Below, piece by piece: positions 1-8,919 of a DNA stretch of 32,000 nt. The DNA lies in contig SHMX01000003.1 of the NCBI GenBank assembly GCA_008080745.1, positions 210,001 to 242,000 of the forward strand, read 5' to 3'. The position numbers were made by a program, and so were the translations under genes. The stretch's first letter is position 1; every line of letters starts with the position of its first letter. A model generated the notes under the pieces. The model had not been told where the DNA came from, ran no database searches, and worked only from the letters and a program-made list of their open reading frames with translations. Origin of the DNA: Candidatus Thorarchaeota archaeon (lineage in GTDB: Archaea; Asgardarchaeota; Thorarchaeia; Thorarchaeales; Thorarchaeaceae).

Positions 1-1
1 C

Positions 2-121
2 AAGAAGCCATGCTGCTGCAATTATTCCTGAGGCAATTAATACCCAACCAACAACCCATGGGTCTTGGAAGAATAGCATGATCTCATCCAATGTTAGATC
101 AAAGATTCCTAAGCCTTGCAT
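2..121 (-). CDS. 5' part of a membrane protein running off the window edge (MQGLGIFDLTLDEIMLFFQDPWVVGWVLIASGIIAAAWLL...)
   Basis: Read manually. ATG at 121, GAGGTG Shine-Dalgarno at 130-135, frame open to the window edge, hydrophobic segment. Lies just downstream of and co-oriented with the T2SSF gene. Confidence 0.7.
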   Translation of the reverse strand, partial: MQGLGIFDLTLDEIMLFFQDPWVVGWVLIASGIIAAAWLL

Positions 122-173
122 CGAATGTGCACCTCATCTAACTAGAGCTCTCAAATACTTGGTGTCATAAAAA

Positions 174-1703
174 CTATTGCCAACTGTAGTCAAGACCTAT
201 AAAACTGGATGTAAGTGCGGAAGTGACCCAGAACAAGAGAACACATATCACAGCAAAGACTCGTGGTCGATCACCAGAAACCATTAGGGTATTTTGATAT
301 CCAGAAGATAGGGAAATTATTGCCAAGGATAGGTAGAGTGGCATAATGTCGCTATAGGCAATTATTGATGGGTTCCAAGCAGGACCAGAAGAGAGTATTG
401 AACCAAGTGAGAGAAATGGAGCAAGCGAAACCAAGAGACCTAGAACTATTGAACTGGTTAGCGTAAGGAGATAGACTTTGAGTTTTTGTGCTGCAATAAT
501 GCTTTCTCGTTCTTTTGCTACTGCAGAACGTTCTACTAAACGAGCAGCAATCCTGGTGATTCGTTCTCCAGCATCAGAAGACGAAACCTCGGCCATTCGA
601 GTAATCATCATTATCATATTGGATACTCTTTCTCCAAGTGCGTTGTCAGCAGCCTCTCTCATGGCAGTATGGAGATCTTCCTCTTTCCAGTAAAGAGAAT
701 GAATTGCCTCGTCAATCAGTCTTTGTACTTCTGTGTCTACATCATCTCTGACTTCAGGTAATGCTACTTCAAGAGTATCACCTGTACTCATTCGTTCACC
801 CAATAGCATCATGAAGTTCAAAAATTCGTCATATTCCTCAAGAATTTCTTTCTGTGTAGGACCTGTGACTTCCTTATTACGCGGTCTATCAAAATAGGCT
901 GAGAATTGAGTTGAGAAACGAGAACGGAGGAATACGTTTAGTAAAACGAATAATGGAACCACAATGAAGATTGCAGGATTGGTTGCCCATCCAGCCAAAG
1001 AGGCCGCCAAAGTGAACATGATAGGTACATAAGTTATCAGAGCCGCCACGATGAGAAGTCTACTCTCAAGCTCTAGATTTTTCTGTCGTAAGGTTAAGTC
1101 TGCTTCAAAAGACTCACCTGATAGCATCTCAAGTAAATCTGTTTTCTTTTCCAAGGCAGATAGAATAGCCATGATGTATCTTCTTAGGTCATCTGATGGT
1201 TGATTCTTCGCAAATTCACTCAGACATTCTTCAGGAGGAACTCCTTGATCAATCTTCCAGAGTATCTCTTGAAATGCAGAAGACATGTACTCGTGATCTG
1301 ATTGTGCTATAATTTCGATTGCATCGAAAATTGTTCCACCTGATTCAAAGACAAGTATGAATTGTTCAAAGAGTAAATCAGATTCTTCTGACAGTGTAAG
1401 CTTGTAGTGGTTCATTAAATTAACCGGGTAACTAACAGTGACATAGTAAGCGATAATTCCAATAATCAAGGATAAGGGAACGAGAACAAGAATACTGGAA
1501 CCAAGATAGAACAATACAACAAATAACAGTATAAATGCCAATAAACCAGAAAAATATGCAGCAGAAACTACCCCAACTGCAGAAATCTTCATCAAGGGCT
1601 GGACAAAAATAACAGCCTTGTCCAAATCACGATTATCATATCGTTCCCCCAGTGTTTCTAGTAGGGGTATTCTTCTTGAGAATCGACAGAGTTTCTCATA
1701 CAT
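174..1703 (-). CDS. Type II secretion system F-domain membrane platform protein (TadC/FlaJ-like, two T2SSF-like repeats)
   Basis: 509 aa. Alternating TM pairs and two cytoplasmic helical domains (LVFESGGTIFDAIEIIA...FQEILWKIDQGVPPEECL; GERMSTGDTLEVAL...GERVSNMIMMI), the pattern of GspF/PilC/TadBC/FlaJ. Confidence 0.8.
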   Translation of the reverse strand: MYEKLCRFSRRIPLLETLGERYDNRDLDKAVIFVQPLMKISAVGVVSAAYFSGLLAFILLFVVLFYLGSSILVLVPLSLIIGIIAYYVTVSYPVNLMNHYKLTLSEESDLLFEQFILVFESGGTIFDAIEIIAQSDHEYMSSAFQEILWKIDQGVPPEECLSEFAKNQPSDDLRRYIMAILSALEKKTDLLEMLSGESFEADLTLRQKNLELESRLLIVAALITYVPIMFTLAASLAGWATNPAIFIVVPLFVLLNVFLRSRFSTQFSAYFDRPRNKEVTGPTQKEILEEYDEFLNFMMLLGERMSTGDTLEVALPEVRDDVDTEVQRLIDEAIHSLYWKEEDLHTAMREAADNALGERVSNMIMMITRMAEVSSSDAGERITRIAARLVERSAVAKERESIIAAQKLKVYLLTLTSSIVLGLLVSLAPFLSLGSILSSGPAWNPSIIAYSDIMPLYLSLAIISLSSGYQNTLMVSGDRPRVFAVICVLLFWVTSALTSSFIGLDYSWQ

Positions 1704-1761
1704 TGCTGAATTTTCCTCAGAAAATTATGAAGTAATAGCTCTCATAAATTGCGCGAATTTT

Positions 1762-1792
1762 AGAAAAAAAAGTCCGACCAGAAGCCGGACTT
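1762..1792 (-). terminator. Stem-loop plus U-tract terminator-like element after the surface protein gene
   Basis: Minus strand reads AAGTCCGGC-TTCTG-GTCGGACTT (9-bp stem with one G-U) followed by a T run, about 20 nt after the stop at 1814. Confidence 0.7.
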
Positions 1793-1813
1793 GTTAGATT
1801 AGTATATGGATGA

Positions 1814-3178
1814 TTATCTTCTTCGTAAGACTACAGCTACGGCAAGTAATGCAATAATACCGACAGCAGCAATCAATAACAGGTTTCTACCACCTAAGAC
1901 TTGTTCACTAAGGTTGGTATATGCTGTATATACAGGGTCCTGCTGCACACGATAACCGTTCCATTCCGGAAATGTGACCGCATACCACCACTGCGAATTA
2001 TGGAATGCAGTACCAGCATTATTCACAAGAGCTCCTACACTATTGTAGGTATTTCTGACACGTTCAGACAGACCGTAAGCCATGTGAGCAAATAGCCAAG
2101 CAGAGAAAGGTGCTTGCCAGGCGATTAGAATGAAATCACTCTTTCTCGCTCCTAGTAGTGAGTTAAGAGCGGTCTCAGAAGCAGATATGACATCCCAGGG
2201 ATCTGAAGTTTCATTAATCAATTGATATTCTCTGCCCATCCCAATATCAAAGGCTCGTTCACTGTTATTGCCTACAGTGATAGTGAGATTCTCATCAAGT
2301 GGGTTGGTACTTGTAGGAGGTTCAATGGTGTTTCCAGTAGATGTACTAGTCACATTATATTCCGAAGTAAACACTGACAAGTAATGAACAGCTGATATCT
2401 CCATGGTGTCAGAAATTATCTCGAAAGGATCCAATTCCCACCATAAGGCTTTGATTCTTTCAACCTGTCCAATAGTATAGAGGGTTTCCGCCTCTACCGT
2501 ACCGTCTGGGTTAATTATAATATCATATTCAATCACAAATTCGGAGAACAGTGCTGTCATGAGTGGAAGACCCAATGATGCTACAAATCCGCTCTCACTG
2601 TTAGCACTTACTACACGGGCAACAAGGTCCGTGTATCTCATTCCAAAGCGATAATGATTATCAGCCATTTTTGTTACAGGTATTGCTTCAACTGTTGGTG
2701 TAACATCATCCCACGGTAAATTACGAGTTACTGGTACAATGTACCAAGCATCTTCATTACCCACATCAGGAAGATCATTATCACCATAGGTCTCATTATG
2801 AACTAACAGAAATGCAAAGATAGCACCAATGAAGACTTCTTTGTTTTCAGGAGTCTGATAATGCATTCCGAACAACTGATAGGGTAACATCAACTGCGTG
2901 TTCTCATCAATTGTCACATTATTGAAGGCAATAAGAAATGCTTGAAAGTCATCCACACCCACATAAGATGCAGTAAAACTTGCCTCAATACCCGTATCGT
3001 CGTCAGATACTATAATCGAATCATTTGTCCAATACTCTTCCGAAAAAGTATGTCCAAAAATTGCCTCCTCATCGCCAGGAGAATATGCTGCTGCCACAGG
3101 TACCAAAAAAAGGGGCATTAGCATCAAACTGACAATAAGAAGTGGCGCGATAAGTCGTTTAAAGTACAAGTGAATCAC
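1814..3178 (-). CDS. Secreted cell-surface glycoprotein with C-terminal membrane anchor, function unknown
   Basis: N-terminal signal peptide (KRLIAPLLIVSLMLMPLFLVPVAAA), 8 N-x-S/T sequons counted, C-terminal hydrophobic helix ending VVLRRR. Confidence 0.75.
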   Translation of the reverse strand: MIHLYFKRLIAPLLIVSLMLMPLFLVPVAAAYSPGDEEAIFGHTFSEEYWTNDSIIVSDDDTGIEASFTASYVGVDDFQAFLIAFNNVTIDENTQLMLPYQLFGMHYQTPENKEVFIGAIFAFLLVHNETYGDNDLPDVGNEDAWYIVPVTRNLPWDDVTPTVEAIPVTKMADNHYRFGMRYTDLVARVVSANSESGFVASLGLPLMTALFSEFVIEYDIIINPDGTVEAETLYTIGQVERIKALWWELDPFEIISDTMEISAVHYLSVFTSEYNVTSTSTGNTIEPPTSTNPLDENLTITVGNNSERAFDIGMGREYQLINETSDPWDVISASETALNSLLGARKSDFILIAWQAPFSAWLFAHMAYGLSERVRNTYNSVGALVNNAGTAFHNSQWWYAVTFPEWNGYRVQQDPVYTAYTNLSEQVLGGRNLLLIAAVGIIALLAVAVVLRRR

Positions 3179-3227
3179 TACTATAAACAGTTAACTATAT
3201 CTAATATAAAGGGAATGAAACATTCGT

Positions 3228-4490
3228 CTATTCGAAGAAATCAGTAAGTACCGTCTGAGATCTTACTTCGTTATAGACTGATGAAACCTTCAGATAATTT
3301 TCAATCGGATTACTTAGGTAATTGCTCACTTCTGTAATTGCCTCGTCTAAAGTTGAATATTTCCGGGGCTTTCGAGTGAGAGCTCTACGAGCAATCTCTC
3401 TGAATCGCCAAACACCCAAGGGTACCCATTTTTCTGGATTTACCTCCATAAAAACAAGAACCCCGGCCTGCCGTCGTATACGTGTGAGATATTCAAGTGC
3501 TGGGAGACGAGTTGCATAATAGGCACCTACAACGTCTTTTGCGTAAGTTGTTCGGCCCTTTGAAAATTCGTGGTCGCTTATTACATTGGAGTTCTTTCCA
3601 TAGAGCCAGCATTCCAAGGCTTCGAATTGCCAAGCTCTAGGCATGAAAAGAATAACTACGGTGTTGCCCAACGCATAGTCACCAAAGACATAGAAATCAT
3701 TTATCCAGGGCATTCGTAAAACTCGTCTGTGGAGTTCTTTTCCGACTATATCATCTACTGCTGTTATACTCCATTCGGTGGGAACTAGCTTCCTAGACTT
3801 TTTCTGACCTAGCAGTCCTACAGATAACAATCGGGTAATATGTTCTTGTTGAATTCCCTCATCGAATAGATCAATAACACCTAGTACTGCTTTGTAGTCG
3901 GTATCTGAAGTCACTTTATCGACTTTCCGGGGCACACTGGGGTTGTCCTCCAACCGGAATTTATGTAGAGGTGCAGAAGGACCAATCGGAAGGGTTCTAT
4001 CTGAGAAGACACTTGTGAATTGAGGTCTCTTAAGCAGAGTTGCATCAGAATCTGTAGGTTTTTCTGAGAGGGCCAAGGTCTGAGTGTCATGAAGAAGGCG
4101 AGAGGGGTCAATAGCCTCCTGGATAGCTAACCGAGATTTTGTGCGAACTAATTTGAACCTAATAGACAGAATCTGATCTAGACTCTTCGATAGCCATAAA
4201 TCAGGACGTTCCATAAGCTCAGCCTCTTTACCTCTAATAGGGGGTACAAGAGGGCCCATGAGAACCTTCGGATACCCATAAGATCCAACAAATACAGAGG
4301 GAGGAGAGGATCCAATTAGGTCTAATCCTGTTAGTGAGGTATCAAGATTTGCTAATGATTTGGCTCGCATGAGTAGAGGGCATGGATTGACTCCACAGAG
4401 TGAACGGTGACCCATGCATTTGGCACATACTCTATCATTAAATGATGGTGTATCCTTTTTTGGAGTGTGCTCTAGTCTACTCTGGGACAT
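3228..4490 (-). CDS. nreA: Nre-family PCNA-interacting DNA repair protein
   Basis: N-terminal CAKC...C...CP cysteine cluster, GSSPPSVFVGSYGYPKV, LVPTEWSITAVDD, GAYYATRL, PLGVW motifs, and a C-terminal PIP box QTVLTDFF. Confidence 0.9.
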   Translation of the reverse strand: MSQSRLEHTPKKDTPSFNDRVCAKCMGHRSLCGVNPCPLLMRAKSLANLDTSLTGLDLIGSSPPSVFVGSYGYPKVLMGPLVPPIRGKEAELMERPDLWLSKSLDQILSIRFKLVRTKSRLAIQEAIDPSRLLHDTQTLALSEKPTDSDATLLKRPQFTSVFSDRTLPIGPSAPLHKFRLEDNPSVPRKVDKVTSDTDYKAVLGVIDLFDEGIQQEHITRLLSVGLLGQKKSRKLVPTEWSITAVDDIVGKELHRRVLRMPWINDFYVFGDYALGNTVVILFMPRAWQFEALECWLYGKNSNVISDHEFSKGRTTYAKDVVGAYYATRLPALEYLTRIRRQAGVLVFMEVNPEKWVPLGVWRFREIARRALTRKPRKYSTLDEAITEVSNYLSNPIENYLKVSSVYNEVRSQTVLTDFFE

Positions 4491-4567
4491 ACTAATTGCT
4501 CTCTTCCGTTTATGTCAATCATTGAAATCTTCTAAATATTTGGACATATCACTCAAAATTAATGAGT

Positions 4568-5023
4568 CTATATCGGTTTTAAATTCCAGATTCTACCTCC
4601 CTCATAACCAACAACGATGAAGCAGATTATACATAATGCGTAGAACATGATATCCTTTCCCTCCAAAGGCAAGGATGCAAAGAAAAAGGTATAGAGAATC
4701 AACATGCTTACAATCAAAGCAACTAGGAAAAAGAAACGTGGAAGCAGAGTCTGCCCTATTCGAACAAAGAGAGAAAGAGAACCAACTCTTACTGTTCTTG
4801 TGATGAAATACTCTCCATGAGTATCTTTGTCCACAAGATTCAGTTCCATGAGTTTTGTTAGATGATGCTGAGCTAAACTAGGACTAGAGAAGCCAAGCTC
4901 CCTTTGAATCTCACGTACACCCATTTTTTCATGAGTAAGAAGGAGGGCATAGACACTCATGGTCCTGCCCTTGACGAGTTTGTAGATGATCTCTTTGTTC
5001 TCTTCATCCACGAATAACACCAT
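4568..5023 (-). CDS. Winged-HTH (ArsR-like) transcription regulator with two C-terminal TM helices
   Basis: MGVREIQRELGFSSPSLAQHHLTKLMELNLVDKDTHGEYF wHTH signature, followed by two hydrophobic helices. Confidence 0.75.
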   Translation of the reverse strand: MVLFVDEENKEIIYKLVKGRTMSVYALLLTHEKMGVREIQRELGFSSPSLAQHHLTKLMELNLVDKDTHGEYFITRTVRVGSLSLFVRIGQTLLPRFFFLVALIVSMLILYTFFFASLPLEGKDIMFYALCIICFIVVGYEGGRIWNLKPI

Positions 5024-5047
5024 TTCTTCTCTTGTATAGAACCTTAT

Positions 5048-5767
5048 TCATGCTTCGGGATAATCCACGTTGTTTGTTACGGTTGTGTATAGAGCGGTCA
5101 TGCCTGAATTTAGATGACCATCCTCGACTAGCCAATATCCATTGCCAATGTAACCTGTAACATCTGGATGACCGTTTGATCTGAATCCACTCCATGTTCC
5201 ATTTTGTATAAAGACCATCCCATCATCAGAGGTATATCCTATAAAGAAAAAGGAGTCATCATCAAAGAAAATATACATGTAGAGATCTATCGGCCAACTT
5301 GACGGAAAGTCATTAGGATGTGTCGAAGCAGCTTCCATCTTTCCGATGCCATTATTGAGTAAATCACCGTTTAGTGATTCATATGTGGTTTGATCAATTG
5401 AACCCTCACCAATCAAATCAGAGCTATAAGGTGCGAATAACACACTGATGTCCGCTCCTGTAGATGTCTGGTTGATGTAGATTCCATCTACAAAAGCAGA
5501 AGGTTCCGTTTGCTGATAGTATGTTGTGATATCTTCGTTGACTAAGGTATTATTGCATGTCCAATAAAAGATAACATCATCCCGTCTACTCTCAATATAT
5601 TCAACAGCCATTGCCCCAAAATCACCATTGGATGGAGTAGTGGGTGTTGTGGTTATATTCCCATTAGATTGCATAAGTGCAATAACAAGAATACCTGAGG
5701 AAATGATAATTGCGATAATTACAAGTGTAGAAACGGTTCTACTAATACCTGAACTGTATTCTTTCAT
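5048..5767 (-). CDS. Membrane-anchored extracellular protein with a class III (pilin-like) signal peptide-like N-terminus
   Basis: MKEYSSG-ISRTVSTLVIIAIIISSGILVIAL, a Thr/Pro linker, then a globular domain with several sequons. The ORF is solid; the pilin call is tentative. Confidence 0.6.
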   Translation of the reverse strand: MKEYSSGISRTVSTLVIIAIIISSGILVIALMQSNGNITTTPTTPSNGDFGAMAVEYIESRRDDVIFYWTCNNTLVNEDITTYYQQTEPSAFVDGIYINQTSTGADISVLFAPYSSDLIGEGSIDQTTYESLNGDLLNNGIGKMEAASTHPNDFPSSWPIDLYMYIFFDDDSFFFIGYTSDDGMVFIQNGTWSGFRSNGHPDVTGYIGNGYWLVEDGHLNSGMTALYTTVTNNVDYPEA

Positions 5768-5816
5768 GAGTTTATCACAAGATAGTATTCACAACAATGA
5801 GATATTACACTACGTA

Positions 5817-5833
5817 TTGAACAGCCTGTTCAA
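5817..5833. promoter_or_regulatory. Perfect palindrome TTGAACAG-C-CTGTTCAA, candidate operator
   Basis: 8-bp arms with a 1-nt spacer in the divergent intergenic region 5768-5889. Confidence 0.5.
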
Positions 5834-5889
5834 AGTATTGTACACTGTAAGACCAGAGTTATAACACAATTATAGAAGAATATCATAAG

Positions 5890-6186
5890 ATGCAGACTCG
5901 ACGTCAAAGAATAACAGAGTTATTGGAGTCGGTTGAAAATCCGATAACCACATCAGAAATCTGTCAAATTCTGGATATCCGAGAGAGATCACTGGTCACT
6001 GAAGATCTCAAACATATTGCCAAATCAGTTCAGAATGAGGGAAAACAGCTCATAGCTCGGACACCCATCTGTGGGAAATGTCAATATGAATTCATTGGTA
6101 GAAGAAGTACCAAGACACCATCTAGATGCCCCAAATGCAAATCCGAATGGATTCTTCCACCTTCTTTCATTATCATACAAAAATAA
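5890..6186 (+). CDS. Archaeal HTH plus zinc-ribbon transcriptional regulator (COG3357-like)
   Basis: TRRQRITELL...EDLKHIAKS followed by CGKCQYEF...PSRCPKCKSEWI. Confidence 0.85.
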   Translation: MQTRRQRITELLESVENPITTSEICQILDIRERSLVTEDLKHIAKSVQNEGKQLIARTPICGKCQYEFIGRRSTKTPSRCPKCKSEWILPPSFIIIQK

Positions 6187-6200
6187 TAGCAATTGTCCAG

Positions 6201-6509
6201 CTAATCATCAAACTTGTGAACACCTTTGATACCTGCACCCTCACGTTTGATATAGGTGACTCGGGAAACGACATAGTCAGAGAGACCGTATTCAGCTTCT
6301 TCTACATATCCTTCAATTACAACCGGGATACCCACACGGGGTAGAAATCTACATCGATCCATTGTATTCGAAGAAATTCTGACACTATAGGTCTTCTTTG
6401 TTTCAGGATCTTGAACAACTATTTGGGTTGAAGCATGCCATCTTCTTGCTGATATGCGCATTGCACTGCTTTTACCTACTTCACGAATGATTCCCTTAAT
6501 GACTGCCAT
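6201..6509 (-). CDS. Small OB-fold-like protein
   Basis: Start moved to ATG 6509 (GGAGGT Shine-Dalgarno overlaps the end of the upstream gene; 2-nt gap). VIKGIIREV...IVVQD...YSVRI...VGIPVVIEGYV strand pattern resembles an OB fold. Confidence 0.6.
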   Translation of the reverse strand: MAVIKGIIREVGKSSAMRISARRWHASTQIVVQDPETKKTYSVRISSNTMDRCRFLPRVGIPVVIEGYVEEAEYGLSDYVVSRVTYIKREGAGIKGVHKFDD

Positions 6510-6511
6510 GA

Positions 6512-7789
6512 TTAGACCTCCCATGGAGCGATAATTTTTCCATATCTTCCACCACCACCTGGAATATAATTAACCTCTCCTTTTCTGTACGCATCAATCA
6601 TTATAGATAATCGATCATTGTGTTCTTTGATAGCATCAATCGAACCCTTTGTTAGCACATGTACCTCGGTACCAATTGACTGGATTAGTTCATTGTAGAG
6701 TCCTCTAACAGATTTTGAACTGGTAGACTTTACACCAATAGCGGTCGATATTAAATCGAGAAGAGGTGGAATATAGAGATAGGGAGGACGATGAGAGGGT
6801 TTCTTACTTTCCAGTTCACCAATCATTCTAGCGCGGTCTCGTACCCCCAGACGCATCTTCTTTCCACAATCTGGACAAGATACTTTGCGATGATGGATTG
6901 CATCGATAATCTTCTTTGCTTCCTCATCATTGTTACAGCTAATATACACATTCAGTTCGTCAAACTCAGGAGGGGTATCACCTTCCCGAATGACGAGGGT
7001 CTTACGGCATGAAGAGCAGAATGATAGAAAATATTTTCCAAGACGCGGATTAAATCCAAGATTCAGGATAGGCTTTCTCCCACCTTCACGAATGACTGCC
7101 TTCTTGAGCTCGTCAAAGCTTGGATTCTTCATTTCAAATTGTACAAATTCTCTACCCAATTTGTTGGGAGAAGGTGAATGGGCGTCACTTGATGTAATAT
7201 AGGTTAATTCACGTAACTCAGGAATATAATCTGCGGTTTCACTATCCGCAGATAATCCCAGCTCGATGAAACGAATATATTTTGTTTCTGAACCGTAGCA
7301 ACTGTCAAGGCTATCATGTCGATTTTCTCTAAAGATTGCTTTGTAAGGTGTAAATGCATGTGCGGGACCTATTAATCCACCAACATCACGAACGTGACCT
7401 GCAATCTCCTCACCATTGAGATTGACTCTTGGACGCCCACCCCATTCATCATTTAGGTTAGGCGAGTCTGGCGCAATGAGGCTGCGTATTTTCTCAACCG
7501 ACTCCAGATCAGGAAGTAAGATTACATGATGAATAGATTCTGCATCTTCAAATTCAACAGTGGGAAGAAATACTACAGACTCGTATTCAAGATAGCCATT
7601 CTTTTTTACCAGTGTCTTTTGCAGATGGGCAAGCCAGTCAGGTTGTGTTGCATCCCCGGTCCCTAAAATCTCGATTCCTTTTTGCTTTGCACCCTTAGCC
7701 AAATTTGGTATTGTCATCCGATTACTTACTCCTATCGAATGCAGACTATGGATGTGTAAATCAACAGTATATTCGTTCAAGACGATCAC
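6512..7789 (-). CDS. endoQ: Endonuclease Q-like PHP-domain nuclease (TIGR00375 family)
   Basis: DLHIHS, GTGD, HHVI, GPAHAFTP, ELGLSAD, SDAHSP, LGREF, GKYF-C, CxxC...CxxC, GVRDR and PGGGGRYG motifs match the EndoQ family as I recall it. Confidence 0.8.
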   Translation of the reverse strand: MIVLNEYTVDLHIHSLHSIGVSNRMTIPNLAKGAKQKGIEILGTGDATQPDWLAHLQKTLVKKNGYLEYESVVFLPTVEFEDAESIHHVILLPDLESVEKIRSLIAPDSPNLNDEWGGRPRVNLNGEEIAGHVRDVGGLIGPAHAFTPYKAIFRENRHDSLDSCYGSETKYIRFIELGLSADSETADYIPELRELTYITSSDAHSPSPNKLGREFVQFEMKNPSFDELKKAVIREGGRKPILNLGFNPRLGKYFLSFCSSCRKTLVIREGDTPPEFDELNVYISCNNDEEAKKIIDAIHHRKVSCPDCGKKMRLGVRDRARMIGELESKKPSHRPPYLYIPPLLDLISTAIGVKSTSSKSVRGLYNELIQSIGTEVHVLTKGSIDAIKEHNDRLSIMIDAYRKGEVNYIPGGGGRYGKIIAPWEV

Positions 7790-7792
7790 GCT

Positions 7793-8782
7793 TCAAATGC
7801 CGATAATAACCTTGTTTACATCGGGTTTTGCTGCGTACTCAAAAGCCTTCTGGGCATCATCAAGTGAAAACTTTCTTGTCACAAGACGTCTGACTTCAAG
7901 ACGACCTTTATCGAGCATTTCTATTGCAAGTTTGAAAGGGCCATCAGAAGAACCTTGTATTTGAATCTCCCTTGATGCAAGACGGCTGGTATCAATTTTT
8001 GATTCGCTACCATGTTTACTCTTGAGAGCTATTACTCCACCACTACGTACAACATCCAGAGCCATGTCAAGACCTTGCGAAGTAGCTGTAGCTTCTACCA
8101 CGACTCTGGGACCTACACCATAGGTTTCATTCAATACCTTAGCTTTCCAATCGCCATTTGCAACATTGATGGTGTGTCGAAATCCAAGTTGCTTAGCCAA
8201 ACCAAGCTTCCATTGATTCTTATCGATAATAAGAACCTCTGCACCAGCTGCATCGTAGATTTGTGCAATGAGTAGGCCCAGTTTTCCACAACCAATAATG
8301 GCGATGATTTCTCCATCTTTAACGGGAGTCTTTATTTGAGTTTGAAGTGCGGAAGCAACTGGTTCGACAAATGTGCCCGTAATTGAGTCTATGTTATTGG
8401 GAAGAGGATGCACAGACTCTATGGGAACGGTTACGTATTCTGCAAGTGCACCATCGGTAGTGATACCAATAGTCTTTCTTTTATTGCAGTGGGATCTCAT
8501 ATTGTTCTTACAGTACCAACAGGAACCACAGCTGATTGCTGTTTCTGCTGTAACTAGAGTGCCAGGTTCAAGCTCAGGAACTGTGCTCTGATGAATAACA
8601 CCTGTGAACTCATGCCCAAGTACTAGAGGAAGGTCTACCGGATATTCACCTTTCCATATCGATATATCTGTTCCACAGATACCAACATGTCGGACCTCGA
8701 TTCTAACATCTCCAGGAAGAACACTTGGAATAGGGGTGTCGCCCAATTGCAGACCATCACGAGTTAATACTAGACTCTGAAT
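7793..8782 (-). CDS. Zinc-dependent medium-chain dehydrogenase/reductase (alcohol or threonine dehydrogenase-like)
   Basis: GICGTD, LGHEF, structural Zn CGSCWYC...C and GCGKLG Rossmann motif. The start is probably ATT at 8782 rather than TTG at 8746 (see findings). Confidence 0.88.
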   Translation of the reverse strand: MQSLVLTRDGLQLGDTPIPSVLPGDVRIEVRHVGICGTDISIWKGEYPVDLPLVLGHEFTGVIHQSTVPELEPGTLVTAETAISCGSCWYCKNNMRSHCNKRKTIGITTDGALAEYVTVPIESVHPLPNNIDSITGTFVEPVASALQTQIKTPVKDGEIIAIIGCGKLGLLIAQIYDAAGAEVLIIDKNQWKLGLAKQLGFRHTINVANGDWKAKVLNETYGVGPRVVVEATATSQGLDMALDVVRSGGVIALKSKHGSESKIDTSRLASREIQIQGSSDGPFKLAIEMLDKGRLEVRRLVTRKFSLDDAQKAFEYAAKPDVNKVIIGI

Positions 8783-8919
8783 ACTCTACACCTCATACGC
8801 TCTATATTCAGGACCGGGTATCTGATAAGGATAAGGATTGTGATTTGTCCTATTCTAAACCAGAGTGTTTTATGTGAATAAGAACAAGAGAATTTAGAAT
8901 ATTATTGGAGGATTATTTC

